Assembly (NCBI GenBank): GCA_017959965.1
Contig: JAGCZO010000066.1
Location: 1 to 58,576, forward strand
Direction of reading: 5' to 3'
Source of the DNA: Clostridia bacterium
GTDB taxonomy: Bacteria > Bacillota > Clostridia > UBA1212
Length of the DNA: 58,576 nt
The position numbers and the translations under genes are program-made. Shown here piece by piece: positions 27,564 to 37,868 of this stretch. The number at the start of each line of letters is the position of its first letter. Position 1 is the stretch's first letter. The notes below the pieces were generated by a model, which saw only the letters and a program-made list of their open reading frames with translations, did not search any database and was not told where the DNA came from.

Positions 27564-30500
27564 TTTGCGGTCACTCTGAACGTCACCGTTTCGTCCGGGG
27601 ACTCGGCCTCGTAAACAAAGGAGTATGAGTAGGTGCCGTCCCTGCCAAGGTGTACCGCGTAGCCGTCATAGTCTTTGACCTTGGTCTCGTAAAGGGTGGC
27701 ATTGCCCGCCGCATCAATGATCTCGATAGTGGGCCGCACAAGAGCGGTGAAGCCGTCGACTCTCACAACGTTTCTGTTGCGGCCGCCCGTTACGGTGAAC
27801 TCGGCCTCATTGGCGTCGGCAAGAACTCTTGCCAGATAGGGCTCGTCAAGGATCGTGCCCTTCTTGGCTTCCGTCACCGTGAGAGGCTTTTTGACGGAGT
27901 CCTCGAACACCAGCAATATGTTCTCGTCGGAGGTAAGGTCACGGTTCGCCCAGGGCAGCATCAGGAACTCAATGTAAATGCGGTCGCCCTTCTTGAAGGT
28001 GGTCTTGCCAAGGTCGAGAGTAAGGGATGAGAAGTTCAGGCTGCCGCCGAAGCTGTCACGGAGGATGAAATTGCCCTCCCATTTCTTTCCGCCAATGGTG
28101 ATATCCGTGTCTTTGATGACGACCGCGTAGTTCATCGGGTCGTCCTCACCGGTGACGCGCATGGGCACGGGCTTATTGCTGTGGTAGTAGGCGTACCAGC
28201 CCTGCTTGCTGTTGATGGTGTAGTAAGTCTCGTCTCTGGTCTTGGTCACCAGGTCTACGTGCTGTCTGTTTCCGTCGGGATCCATGTAGCTGAGCTCCGC
28301 GAAATACTGGCTTCTGCTGTCCTGATACAGTAGAGTGAACTGCTTCCTTACGTCGTTCAGGGTCAGATCCTTCAGGAACTCCAGGTCTATCACGGAGTAG
28401 GTCCTGTTCTCGTCAGTCTGCGGGAACTCGGTGTGGCGGATAGAGTACTTGAAAGCGCCGCTGTCCGCGATATATGAATACTCGAGATCCGCGTAGGACG
28501 GGCCCGAGCTGTTGATCTTGGAGCCAAGGTACTCGTTCATTACGAGCTTGCCGTCATTGTCGTAGTACGAGGTGGCTTTCGACGTGGCAACGGATGTGAA
28601 CTGCGGGTCGCCCTCCCACCTGATGCCGCTGTGGCCTCTGAAGTCGGGAAGCAGGAAGCCGTCCTTTCCGAACACGCCGTAGAAGCTGATGCAGTTGGAT
28701 TCGCTGCACCCCGTTGACAGATGGTAATACGAGACAAAGAACTGAATGGACGAAAGCTGCTTTATCTGGAATTTGCCCCAGTTCACGTACAAATGTACGT
28801 CCTTAAAGGTGACCGAGCTGCCCGATTTCATTGCCAACGGGAATATCGAATTGCTGAAGGAGAGATCCTCGGGATCGTAAACCTTTTCCTCCTTCTCGCA
28901 GTCGAAGTTCTTGCAGACCTGCATGGGGATCGGCACCTGCATCTCGTCCCCGTCAAGGAGGACTGCGCATTCAAGGGTGCCCGGATACGAGGTCACGCAG
29001 ATATATATGTCTCTGTCGTTGTAGTCCGCGTTAACGGTGATGTCCGAAATGAAATAATCGTTGCGGTGAGGCTCCGGGAAAACGTTTGGCCAGATGGTTC
29101 CGTTGACGGTCGTCTTATAGTAGCCCTTGAGGGTGTCGTAGCCGTTTATTTTGGCGTTGCTGGAGCCGCTGTTCACCACGAAATTCTCCGCGGGTATCGG
29201 ATTGCGCTCCTTCCAGGCGGCGCCATCCACCGAGTCAAGGTTCCCCGTGGGATCCGTATAAATTCTGTGTCCGAAATAGCAGGATCTTCCGGCTTTGAGC
29301 TTGAGCGGGCCTGCAGCGATCTGTTTTACCACGTATTTTCCGTCCTCAAGGGTGACGGTCGTCTTGAGCGTGGACCCGTCGTCGGGAATGATTATGGCCA
29401 CAACACCGGCGTCCTTTACCTTAAAGGCAACGTACTGGACGGAGCCCGGGTCGATATTTGTGTCGCTGTGGGCGTCATTGTAGTCACGGATCCTTATCTC
29501 CTCAACTTTGTCCACAGGCATTTCCCAGATCATACCGAATTCTTCAACTTCCTCGTAGCCCTTTCTGGCAAGGAGCCTGAAGCTCTGGTGGACCTTGTCG
29601 GGGTAAACGTCCAGGGTCTTCTCGCCGAGAGCGCAGATGCACTCGCCAACGGTAACAGCTCTCACGTCGTAGACCGTATATTTTTCGCCCGGGATCTTTC
29701 CGGCGTCGATCCTGATGCCCATGAGATCGTCCTTAAGTTTGTCGCCGATCTCGAGCACGTAGGTGTGGGGCTTTCCGTCGCACGAGAGCTCGAAGTCTAT
29801 CATCTGCTCCGCATTGAAATCTCTTGTCTGTTTGTCGAATAAGAAAAGCTGTGATCTTCCCGCAGAGCCTTCCGCCGCAATGGTGATGGCGAGATGAGTC
29901 GCTTTGCTCTTCGGCACAGGAGTCTCAAAATATCTTGCGATGTAGGGATCCAGGCCCTTGGTCAGAAGCATTGTGACCGATTTGCCCTTATCGTAGGAAA
30001 CGGAGCAGTGGGAGGAGGCGAGCCAGTCGTTGTCAAAAATGCTCAGAGAGGTCTCCTGGTCGAACTTGTAGCTGCCGTTTTCCTTGGTTCCGAAGCCCTG
30101 GTCTCTGAGGAAAACTTCATAATAATAGTATCCGAGTCTGGTGGTGTTGATCCTTCCCACGGTCGTGGAATAGTTGTCGGACCAGACCGTGCCGTTTTTG
30201 TCGACAACGTACGAATACATCGAATTCGTCAGGTACGTGCCGCCGTTTCTCTCGCTGATGCTCTCGATACCGAGCTTTCCGTCGGTGTCAAGGGACTCGA
30301 CTATCCTCAGCTGCTTGTTGTAGATCTCATACTTGGATCTGTCCGTGCCCGCAACGTACCTGGCCTGCACGCCGTTTGCCGCCTGATTCGCCAAAACCAC
30401 CGAATCAGCAAGTTTTGTGTCATTTGTAAGATCTCTCATTTCAACAGGTTCCTCCGTGGAGCTGATCGGATCTATATCAGGGAAATCAGAAGGACCCGGT

Positions 30501-30604
30501 TTGTTTGTGTCTGTACAGCCGGAAAAGACGAGCACCAAAGCCAATGCGCAAAGCAGTACCGAAACAGCTCCCGCAGCTCTTTTTCCGTAAAACGACCTTT
30601 TCAT
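27560..30604 (-). CDS. Large lipoprotein of unknown function
   Basis: The ORF is 27560-30673. I placed the start at ATG 30602-30604 with a strong AGGAGGA SD. The N-terminus MKRSFYGKRAAGAVSVLLCALALVLVFSGC is a signal peptide plus lipobox. The protein is 1014 aa and beta-rich, and I recognise no family motif in it. Confidence 0.75.
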   Translation of the reverse strand: MKRSFYGKRAAGAVSVLLCALALVLVFSGCTDTNKPGPSDFPDIDPISSTEEPVEMRDLTNDTKLADSVVLANQAANGVQARYVAGTDRSKYEIYNKQLRIVESLDTDGKLGIESISERNGGTYLTNSMYSYVVDKNGTVWSDNYSTTVGRINTTRLGYYYYEVFLRDQGFGTKENGSYKFDQETSLSIFDNDWLASSHCSVSYDKGKSVTMLLTKGLDPYIARYFETPVPKSKATHLAITIAAEGSAGRSQLFLFDKQTRDFNAEQMIDFELSCDGKPHTYVLEIGDKLKDDLMGIRIDAGKIPGEKYTVYDVRAVTVGECICALGEKTLDVYPDKVHQSFRLLARKGYEEVEEFGMIWEMPVDKVEEIRIRDYNDAHSDTNIDPGSVQYVAFKVKDAGVVAIIIPDDGSTLKTTVTLEDGKYVVKQIAAGPLKLKAGRSCYFGHRIYTDPTGNLDSVDGAAWKERNPIPAENFVVNSGSSNAKINGYDTLKGYYKTTVNGTIWPNVFPEPHRNDYFISDITVNADYNDRDIYICVTSYPGTLECAVLLDGDEMQVPIPMQVCKNFDCEKEEKVYDPEDLSFSNSIFPLAMKSGSSVTFKDVHLYVNWGKFQIKQLSSIQFFVSYYHLSTGCSESNCISFYGVFGKDGFLLPDFRGHSGIRWEGDPQFTSVATSKATSYYDNDGKLVMNEYLGSKINSSGPSYADLEYSYIADSGAFKYSIRHTEFPQTDENRTYSVIDLEFLKDLTLNDVRKQFTLLYQDSRSQYFAELSYMDPDGNRQHVDLVTKTRDETYYTINSKQGWYAYYHSNKPVPMRVTGEDDPMNYAVVIKDTDITIGGKKWEGNFILRDSFGGSLNFSSLTLDLGKTTFKKGDRIYIEFLMLPWANRDLTSDENILLVFEDSVKKPLTVTEAKKGTILDEPYLARVLADANEAEFTVTGGRNRNVVRVDGFTALVRPTIEIIDAAGNATLYETKVKDYDGYAVHLGRDGTYSYSFVYEAESPDETVTFRVTAK

Positions 30605-30693
30605 ATCAATGTTCCTCCTGTCCCCGGATCCGACGTTTTTTGTTCCCGCCGCCGTTGCCAAAACAAGCCGCAAAGGCCGCCGCGGGCTCCGGT

Positions 30694-30753
30694 GATATCA
30701 ATTATAAAAAAGCAGGACAGGAACGCACGTAATCGCATCCCTCTCCTGCCTGC
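30694..30753 (-). terminator. Rho-independent terminator after yajC
   Basis: On the minus strand gcaggcaggag ... tcctgtcctgc forms an imperfect stem of about 10 bp, followed by TTTTTTAT. Confidence 0.55.
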
Positions 30754-30764
30754 TCAAAAGAACC

Positions 30765-31244
30765 TCAGTTCTTTTCTTCAGCTTTTTCTTCTTTCTTAAC
30801 TTCTCTGATAGCCCAGCTCTTGACTTCCACAAGTGAATTGTCAAGGGACGTCTGTATCGTGATGTTGTCGTCTTTAATATTGACAATTGTTCCCACGATG
30901 CCGCCGATGGTCACGATCTCCTGGCCAAGGGTCATGGAGCTCTTCATCTCAGCTTCTTCCTTCTTCCGTTTTCTCTGAGGACGGAGAATGAGGAAATAGA
31001 ACATTGCGCCGAGTATAACAACGTAGATGATTATGAGGACCCAGGCCGGAACGCTTCCGAGGCATCCGAACAGGCCGGTGGCGGGAGCCTGAGTGGCCTC
31101 CGGTGCAGCTGTTCCCGCGGCGGCAGTCGCCTCCGCAGCCGCGGTAGCGTCATCGGCAAATGAAAGAACTGTGCCGGCAGCATTCGCGGCGGCGATCCCA
31201 AGTGTCATAAGTCCTGCCGAGAGTCCGATCTTCTTATTTAACAT
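30765..31244 (-). CDS. yajC: Preprotein translocase subunit YajC with extended Ala/Thr-rich N-terminal region
   Basis: This is a 159-aa ORF. The core is FYFLILRPQRKRKKE...LGQEIVTIGGIVGTIVNIKDDNITIQ. It sits in the canonical position downstream of tgt. A GGAGG SD is present. Confidence 0.85.
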   Translation of the reverse strand: MLNKKIGLSAGLMTLGIAAANAAGTVLSFADDATAAAEATAAAGTAAPEATQAPATGLFGCLGSVPAWVLIIIYVVILGAMFYFLILRPQRKRKKEEAEMKSSMTLGQEIVTIGGIVGTIVNIKDDNITIQTSLDNSLVEVKSWAIREVKKEEKAEEKN

Positions 31245-31379
31245 AAATAAACCTCCGTAAATATCTCTGGCGGTGAAAAAGCCGCCGTTTGTTTTATTTT
31301 TCCGCCTCTGCCCTCCGGCATCCGGCGCGCCTTAACGTCAAGTTTAATCCTTCAACATTGAACTATCCTTGCGGTTTCA

Positions 31380-32591
<1,212 letters not shown>

Positions 32592-32646
32592 CGAATAAGC
32601 CGGGCGTCCCCGGATCATCTCCCGTAATAATTTCACTTAATGACGC

Positions 32647-32689
32647 CAAAGCAGCACCTCCCGCGTTTTTTCCCATGGGAGGCGCTGCC
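32647..32689 (-). terminator. Rho-independent terminator after the beta-helix lipoprotein gene
   Basis: On the minus strand a 12-bp stem, gcagcgcctccc / gggaggtgctgc (one G:U pair), is followed by TTTGG. Confidence 0.6.
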
Positions 32690-32754
32690 TTCTTGTCCGT
32701 TTCCGGACCTGTCAGATCTTAATGACCGGGGCCGCCGAGAGCAGTCAGCCCTTC

Positions 32755-34905
32755 TTATCTTCTTCCGGGCCAGCCACCCGGGTTGAACCCGCCCGAGCCG
32801 GAACTTCCTACAGACTGGGCAGTCTGGGTCCAGCTGAGAACGTTGGAGCCGTCCTTTGTCAGAACGTAATCTTTGTTAAGTGAAATACTTCCGGAGGAGA
32901 TCCACACGGACGAGTAGGAGCCGGTGACGGTGAACTTAAGTATCTCTTCCCCGTTTTTTTCGGCCAGAACGTATTCGCCCGCCGAGAAGGAGCCGCTGCC
33001 CACGTACGTATTCACGGAGCCGCTGCCCGGGGTCTCGCATATGCCGCCGAAAGCGATTATCGTGCCGCCGGTGACCGTCAGATTCCTGTCAACGTCCACC
33101 GAGCCCGCCATCATTCCGCTGGAGGATCCGCCCATGATGAGGGCAACGCCGCCTGTCATCTCGAAGCTGCCGTTGGAGTCGATGGCGTCCGTGTCGCCTG
33201 ACGGGGTGCGGACCTCAAGGTACCCGCCCGTGACGTAGATCATCGGAGTGGAGGCACTGCCCTTGCAGGCGTTGATGCCGTCGTCCTTGCCGTAGATGTA
33301 GGTCGAGCCGCCGGCAATGGTGACGATATTGGCTTCGAGTCCTTCGTAAGCCTCCTCAACGTTCACGTATCCGCCGCTTATCGTAAGCTCACCGTCCGCA
33401 TGCATTCCGTCGTCCGCCGCCGTTATGGTGACGCTTCCGCCTGTGATATTGATGGCGCCGACAGCTTTGGCGCCATTTTCGAGAGTCCCGTCCGCGTTGG
33501 CGTGGATGCCGTCGTCCATGCACTTTATGGTCACCGTACCGCCGGAGATGTTGACGGCGTTTTCGGCCTTGATGCCCTTTGAGGAGTATGCCGTCTTGCC
33601 GGAGTTGCTTGTGTCCTTGGAGAGCCGGACCCATTCGCCGTCAAGAGACGAGCTTCCGGTTACGAGCCATGCGTTCATGGAACTGTTGACGGAATCCCCG
33701 GAAGACTTTTTGACGGGCTCCGCAGCAGCGGGGTCTGCGCCGGAGGAGACCTCCAGGAACATGACCTTGGAATATGCTGAGGAAGACTTGCCGATAAGGC
33801 CGTAGTAGCTGGTCCTGCCGCTGCGGACCATGGTATCGTAGGTCAGCTTGACGTAGGTGCCCTCTCCGGAATCACTGTAAAAATATGCGTAGTAGTCTCT
33901 GTTTTTGGAGTACGCGGAGGCGGAAAGGATCAGGTAGATATCCGAGGATGCTGCCGCTCCCTCGCTGCCCGAGTAGTCGGAGGTAAAGATATTGAGGACC
34001 GTTTCAACGTCCGACTGCGAAACGTCAACGTTATATGCCGCGCTGATACCGTCGCAGGCTGCGTACACGTCGATCTGACCGCCCTCTATGCTGACGGTGC
34101 CCTTCTGGTTGCCCTTTGCGGAAACAGAAGAGTTTCCGGTCTTGATGCCGTCCGAGCCTGTGGAGATCAGAATGAGCTTGCCGGATTTTATCGTGACGGA
34201 GTCGCTGCCCTTAAGGGCGTTTCCCTTGGCGGTGACTTTCAGCGACAGTTTTTTGACGGTAAGATCGTCCTTTGTTTTGATGCCGTTGTCGTAGGAACCG
34301 TTCACGATGAGCGTGCCGGTGCCGCCAACGGTAAGATCGCAGCAGGCGTATATCGCGGCGTCGTCGTTGGTCTCGTCGTCTTCGGAGGCCATGGCATCCG
34401 GATCCCCTGTCCTGGCGTCGGTTATTACGTTATAAGTGCCGTCGGCTGCGGTCACCGTGACTTTTGATGCGGAGGAAGCTAATATAGCCGAACCCGTGCT
34501 GCAGGATATCGACGCGTCGTTAAGGATCAGCGTCACCTCGTCATTCTCTCCCGCGGCAATAACGATCCGCCCTTCTTCAAGCTTTCCCGAAGCGGTGTAT
34601 TCGCCTGCGCCCGTGATGGTGTAGACCGTTCCGCTGATCTCCGGAGCTTTTGCCCCGTCAGACGGTGTAAGAGTAAAATCCGAAGTTGACTCTCTGTCAT
34701 CATTGGCGGGATCGTCAAGCACCTCCGCCGCGGTATCATCCTTCTTACTGACGGGAGTCACGCTCTCTCCTGAGGTCACGTTGTTCCCGGAGGTGCTGCC
34801 GGTTCCGGTCTCTGTTCCGATGCTCGTTAAAGAGCATGCCGAAAGCACAGACACAAGCAAAGCAGCTAAAATTACGTATATCGTCTTTTTGATACTTTTT
34901 TTCAT
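32755..34905 (-). CDS. Lipoprotein, carbohydrate-binding beta-helix family (Cthe_2159-like)
   Basis: The ORF is 32755-34953. I placed the start at ATG 34903-34905 (GAGGGAGG SD). The N-terminus is MKKSIKKTIYVILAALLVSVLSAC, a lipobox signal. Repeated DGIKT / DGISA / DGIHA / DGMHA / DGINA / DAIDSNG turns are typical of this family. Confidence 0.55.
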   Translation of the reverse strand: MKKSIKKTIYVILAALLVSVLSACSLTSIGTETGTGSTSGNNVTSGESVTPVSKKDDTAAEVLDDPANDDRESTSDFTLTPSDGAKAPEISGTVYTITGAGEYTASGKLEEGRIVIAAGENDEVTLILNDASISCSTGSAILASSASKVTVTAADGTYNVITDARTGDPDAMASEDDETNDDAAIYACCDLTVGGTGTLIVNGSYDNGIKTKDDLTVKKLSLKVTAKGNALKGSDSVTIKSGKLILISTGSDGIKTGNSSVSAKGNQKGTVSIEGGQIDVYAACDGISAAYNVDVSQSDVETVLNIFTSDYSGSEGAAASSDIYLILSASAYSKNRDYYAYFYSDSGEGTYVKLTYDTMVRSGRTSYYGLIGKSSSAYSKVMFLEVSSGADPAAAEPVKKSSGDSVNSSMNAWLVTGSSSLDGEWVRLSKDTSNSGKTAYSSKGIKAENAVNISGGTVTIKCMDDGIHANADGTLENGAKAVGAINITGGSVTITAADDGMHADGELTISGGYVNVEEAYEGLEANIVTIAGGSTYIYGKDDGINACKGSASTPMIYVTGGYLEVRTPSGDTDAIDSNGSFEMTGGVALIMGGSSSGMMAGSVDVDRNLTVTGGTIIAFGGICETPGSGSVNTYVGSGSFSAGEYVLAEKNGEEILKFTVTGSYSSVWISSGSISLNKDYVLTKDGSNVLSWTQTAQSVGSSGSGGFNPGGWPGRR

Positions 34906-34965
34906 GGAAATAACCTCCCTCGTTAAAGATCTCAGGATAATTCTACCATTCATTCTTAAAAAATA

Positions 34966-35562
34966 TCAAAAAACTATCCTTCCGAAAAACTCGGGCCTGT
35001 GAAAATCCGGTTTTTCCGCTTTTATATCGCTCCAGCACTGAAAGTGGGCCTTTTCCGGGAAATGCTCCTGGCACTTATAAAAATTCCCCATTGGCTCCGT
35101 GATATCGCCAATGAAGCTCTTGGGGATCAGGTAGGTCACCCGCCAGCTGTCCTCGAGTATCTCCGGCCTGATCGAAAAAAACTCTGCGCTGCCGGTCCTT
35201 GGCGTGACCCTCTCTCTGGGCTTTCTTGACGAGCCTTTTCCCACCAGCATGCAGCCGTTGGCATTGCATTCGAAGTTGCAGTAAACGCCCGTGCCCGGAT
35301 CCGGCATGAAGAAAAACTCAAGGCAGCTGTCGGTCCAGATCTCCCCCCAATCGTCAAATACGAGCCTCACCGGGTCCTTTTCGAAGGACTCCAGCCTCAC
35401 CGCAACGTGAGCCCCCGTGTCAATGAGCTTCGCCGTGGATCTGTATTTTGTCGGAAAATCTTTTTCCCAGGGAGAAAAGCCGATCTCGGCAGTCTCCGCG
35501 GCAAGCCAGTCTGCCTCGTCAGGGATCTGCTTGTTTATCTTTTTTACGTTGTACGTGACCAT
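34966..35562 (-). CDS. CBM9-like (carbohydrate-binding family 9 / DOMON-like) protein without a signal peptide
   Basis: This is a 198-aa ORF with a GGAAGGAG SD. The patterns DSCLEFFFMPDP...YCNFECNANGC and the C-terminal FHRPEFFGRIVF match CBM9-type domains. It lies 60 nt upstream of the beta-helix lipoprotein gene. Confidence 0.55.
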   Translation of the reverse strand: MVTYNVKKINKQIPDEADWLAAETAEIGFSPWEKDFPTKYRSTAKLIDTGAHVAVRLESFEKDPVRLVFDDWGEIWTDSCLEFFFMPDPGTGVYCNFECNANGCMLVGKGSSRKPRERVTPRTGSAEFFSIRPEILEDSWRVTYLIPKSFIGDITEPMGNFYKCQEHFPEKAHFQCWSDIKAEKPDFHRPEFFGRIVF

Positions 35563-35648
35563 TTTGAACTCCTTCCCCGCCGCTTTTCCGTCCCTCCCGG
35601 ATCCGGTCGAAACGGCGGCAAAACAGGTTTTAAACAGGTTTGTTTTTA

Positions 35649-35677
35649 TTTACAGTCCGGCGTTTTTCGTGTATAAT
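35649..35677 (+). promoter_or_regulatory. Sigma-70-type promoter for the PHP / glycosidase-like pair
   Basis: TTTACA (35649-35654), a 17-nt spacer, then TATAAT (35672-35677). A second TATAAT lies at 35683-35688. Confidence 0.5.
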
Positions 35678-35744
35678 CCGCTTATAATATTTAACGATTA
35701 TCAGTCCTCCGGTCCGTTCCGGAACTATTTCTTGAGAGGTAAAT

Positions 35745-36497
35745 ATGATCCAGGATCTTCACTCCTACACTTACTACTCGTTCTGCGGAAAAGACGCCCC
35801 CGAGGCGGTTGCGGAAGGCGCCATTGCAGGCGGCATCGAGCTTCTCGGCTTCACCGACCACAACTACGGCATCGGTTTTCAGCGCGTAGATATTTTCTAC
35901 ATGGACCCCAAAAACTTCGAGGGCAAGGACTACGGCCGCTGCCTGGTAAGGTATTTCGATCACATAAACCTGATCCGCGAAAAATATGCGGACAGGATCA
36001 GGATCCTGCGGGGCATCGAGCTTTGCACTCTCAGCGGAGTAAATCTCGTTCTGCCCGAGAACAGCGACATTTCGTTCTTTGACTATTGTCTCATCGAGAA
36101 CCTGGACTGCGAGAATTCGGTCACCGGCGGCGACCTTTTCTCATACGCCAAAAAGCTGAACTGCTACGCAGGCGTTGCCCATACGGATCTTTTTGCCCAC
36201 GCGGAGCGCCTTGGCGTGAAGCCCCTGGATTACTTCAAGCGTATGGCCGACGAGGACATTTTCTGGGAGATGAACGTAAGCTACGATCCTACCCACAACT
36301 ACCACCAGCATCAGTACGTTCTCGACTTCTTTGCGGATCCCGAGAAGCAGGAGATCGTGAGAAAGTCAGGCGTTAAGGTCAGCGTGGGCTTTGACGGTCA
36401 CAGGATAGAGGATTATCTTCCGGACCGGGTAAAATCATACTGCCGTTCCCTGGAGGAGATGGAGATACCCATGCCCTTCGAGAAGGATTTTAAATGA
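35745..36497 (+). CDS. PHP-domain (histidinol-phosphatase-like) metal-dependent phosphoesterase
   Basis: This is a 250-aa ORF. It has the DLHSYTYYS N-terminal metal motif, GFTDHNYG and VAHTD. Confidence 0.65.
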   Translation: MIQDLHSYTYYSFCGKDAPEAVAEGAIAGGIELLGFTDHNYGIGFQRVDIFYMDPKNFEGKDYGRCLVRYFDHINLIREKYADRIRILRGIELCTLSGVNLVLPENSDISFFDYCLIENLDCENSVTGGDLFSYAKKLNCYAGVAHTDLFAHAERLGVKPLDYFKRMADEDIFWEMNVSYDPTHNYHQHQYVLDFFADPEKQEIVRKSGVKVSVGFDGHRIEDYLPDRVKSYCRSLEEMEIPMPFEKDFK

Positions 36498-36539
36498 TAG
36501 CTCAGTTGTTTTCAATACAGATCGTCAGGAGGCACTAAT

Positions 36540-37784
36540 ATGAACACACGAATGGACAGATCCCGCTTCAACATCGGCACCTACCACCTGAAGCCTTACG
36601 CCCGCACCGAGCAGCACGTCAAGGACCTTGCGGATTGCGGCATTGACTTCGTCTGCTGCGCCGAGTACGACAAGGCTACTCTCGATCTTTTTGAAAAATA
36701 CGGAGTCGGCGCCATCACGGTCGGAATAGTTCCCGGCTGGTGGGGAGGCGACGGTGAGAACACAGGCACGCTGCGGAAGGTAAATTCCCCGGAGAAGTAC
36801 CTCGCTGCCGCCGCCAAATTCAAGGATCATCCCGCCGTCTGGGGGATCGACATTGGCGATGAGCCCTCCGCTCTTGATTTTCCGTACTACGGAGAAGTGT
36901 ACGGCATGGTCAACTCCCTTTTCCCCAAGCAGTTCCCTTACCTCAACCTTTATCCGAACTACGCCTCGGTCTCCCGGAACACGGAGGATGAGACCACCTG
37001 CCAGCTGGGCACAAAGACTTACGACGAGCACATCCTGCGCTACTGCGAAAACGTTCCCGCGGATTACCTGAGCTACGATTTTTACGTGTACTGCACCACC
37101 GTGAGGAAGGCATATGAGAACCTGATCTCCGTTGCCGACGCCTGCCGCCGCTCCGGACGCTCCATCTGGATAGTTCTCCAGGTAAACTCCCACGTGCCCG
37201 AAAAATGGATATCCGAAAACATGCTCCGGTTCCAGGCCTTCAGCGCAATGGCCTTCGGCGTCGAGGTCATCACCTGGGCCTGCTACACCGCCGGCTGGTG
37301 GTACAACCAGGTCCTTGACGAAAAAGGCGAAAAGACCGCCCAGTACGAAAAGCTGAAGAAGATCAACAAAGAGATCAAAACTCTGGCGCCCCTATACATG
37401 GAATACCGCACCGCGGATACTCATTTTGTGGGCTTCGGAGGCAAAAACGCCAAAGAGATCGAGGGTTCCTCTTCCATCAAAGTCAAAGAATCACTGTCGA
37501 CAGGGTACGTAAGGGACCTCAGATCCGAGGACGGTCTCGGGCTGCTGGTGGGCGAGATGGTCTCCAAAAATAACGACGGCTCCCGGGCCCTCTTCATAAC
37601 AGCCGCGGACGATTACAACGACGTTGATCACAGAAAGCGGGCCGTGACCTTTACGGTGACCAATTCCGACGAAAAGATCGACTGCTTCGGCCTTAACGGT
37701 AAAAAGGAGCTTCTCCGGGACGGCGCAGGTTACAGGATAGAGCTTGAATCCAATGAAGCTGTAATAGTCACGGTCAGGCCCTGA
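36540..37784 (+). CDS. Cytoplasmic TIM-barrel glycoside-hydrolase-like protein, family unassigned
   Basis: This is a 414-aa ORF with an AGGAGG SD. The motifs are IDIGDEPS, YLNLYPNYA and IWIVLQVNSH. Any resemblance to GH42/GH5-like enzymes is by eye only. Confidence 0.4.
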   Translation: MNTRMDRSRFNIGTYHLKPYARTEQHVKDLADCGIDFVCCAEYDKATLDLFEKYGVGAITVGIVPGWWGGDGENTGTLRKVNSPEKYLAAAAKFKDHPAVWGIDIGDEPSALDFPYYGEVYGMVNSLFPKQFPYLNLYPNYASVSRNTEDETTCQLGTKTYDEHILRYCENVPADYLSYDFYVYCTTVRKAYENLISVADACRRSGRSIWIVLQVNSHVPEKWISENMLRFQAFSAMAFGVEVITWACYTAGWWYNQVLDEKGEKTAQYEKLKKINKEIKTLAPLYMEYRTADTHFVGFGGKNAKEIEGSSSIKVKESLSTGYVRDLRSEDGLGLLVGEMVSKNNDGSRALFITAADDYNDVDHRKRAVTFTVTNSDEKIDCFGLNGKKELLRDGAGYRIELESNEAVIVTVRP

Positions 37785-37810
37785 CCGTTCAGTATGAGCA
37801 GACATGAGAA

Positions 37811-37846
37811 AGAGCCGCCGTAGCCCGGAAGGGTCGCAGCGGCTCT
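37811..37846. terminator. Hairpin between convergent genes (shared terminator candidate)
   Basis: The stem is 8 bp, agagccgc (37811-37818) / gcggctct (37839-37846). GCCGTTTATTTG follows it on the plus strand. Confidence 0.45.
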
Positions 37847-37868
37847 GCCGTTTATTTGTTAATTCCTT

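Noticed and set aside
30605-30673. N-terminal extensions in the ORF track. This one is on the lipoprotein gene. Others are 1538-1630 (gap), 11392-11427, 16109-16165, 18730-18822, 34906-34953, 44579-44629, 48232-48552, 54462-54512 and 56580-56663.
   Set aside because: In each case an internal ATG with a proper SD site yields the canonical N-terminus, either a conserved first motif or a signal peptide. The extensions lack SD sites, and one of them overlaps the SRP RNA.
31269-31301. Plus-strand terminator-like hairpins in regions that hold only minus-strand genes. One is ggcgg-tgaaaaag-ccgcc followed by a T-run at this position. Another is ctgcttcggcag followed by a T-run at 16271-16292.
   Set aside because: The stems are only 4-5 bp, and no plus-strand gene or promoter lies upstream. 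They probably arise by chance in A/T-rich promoter regions.
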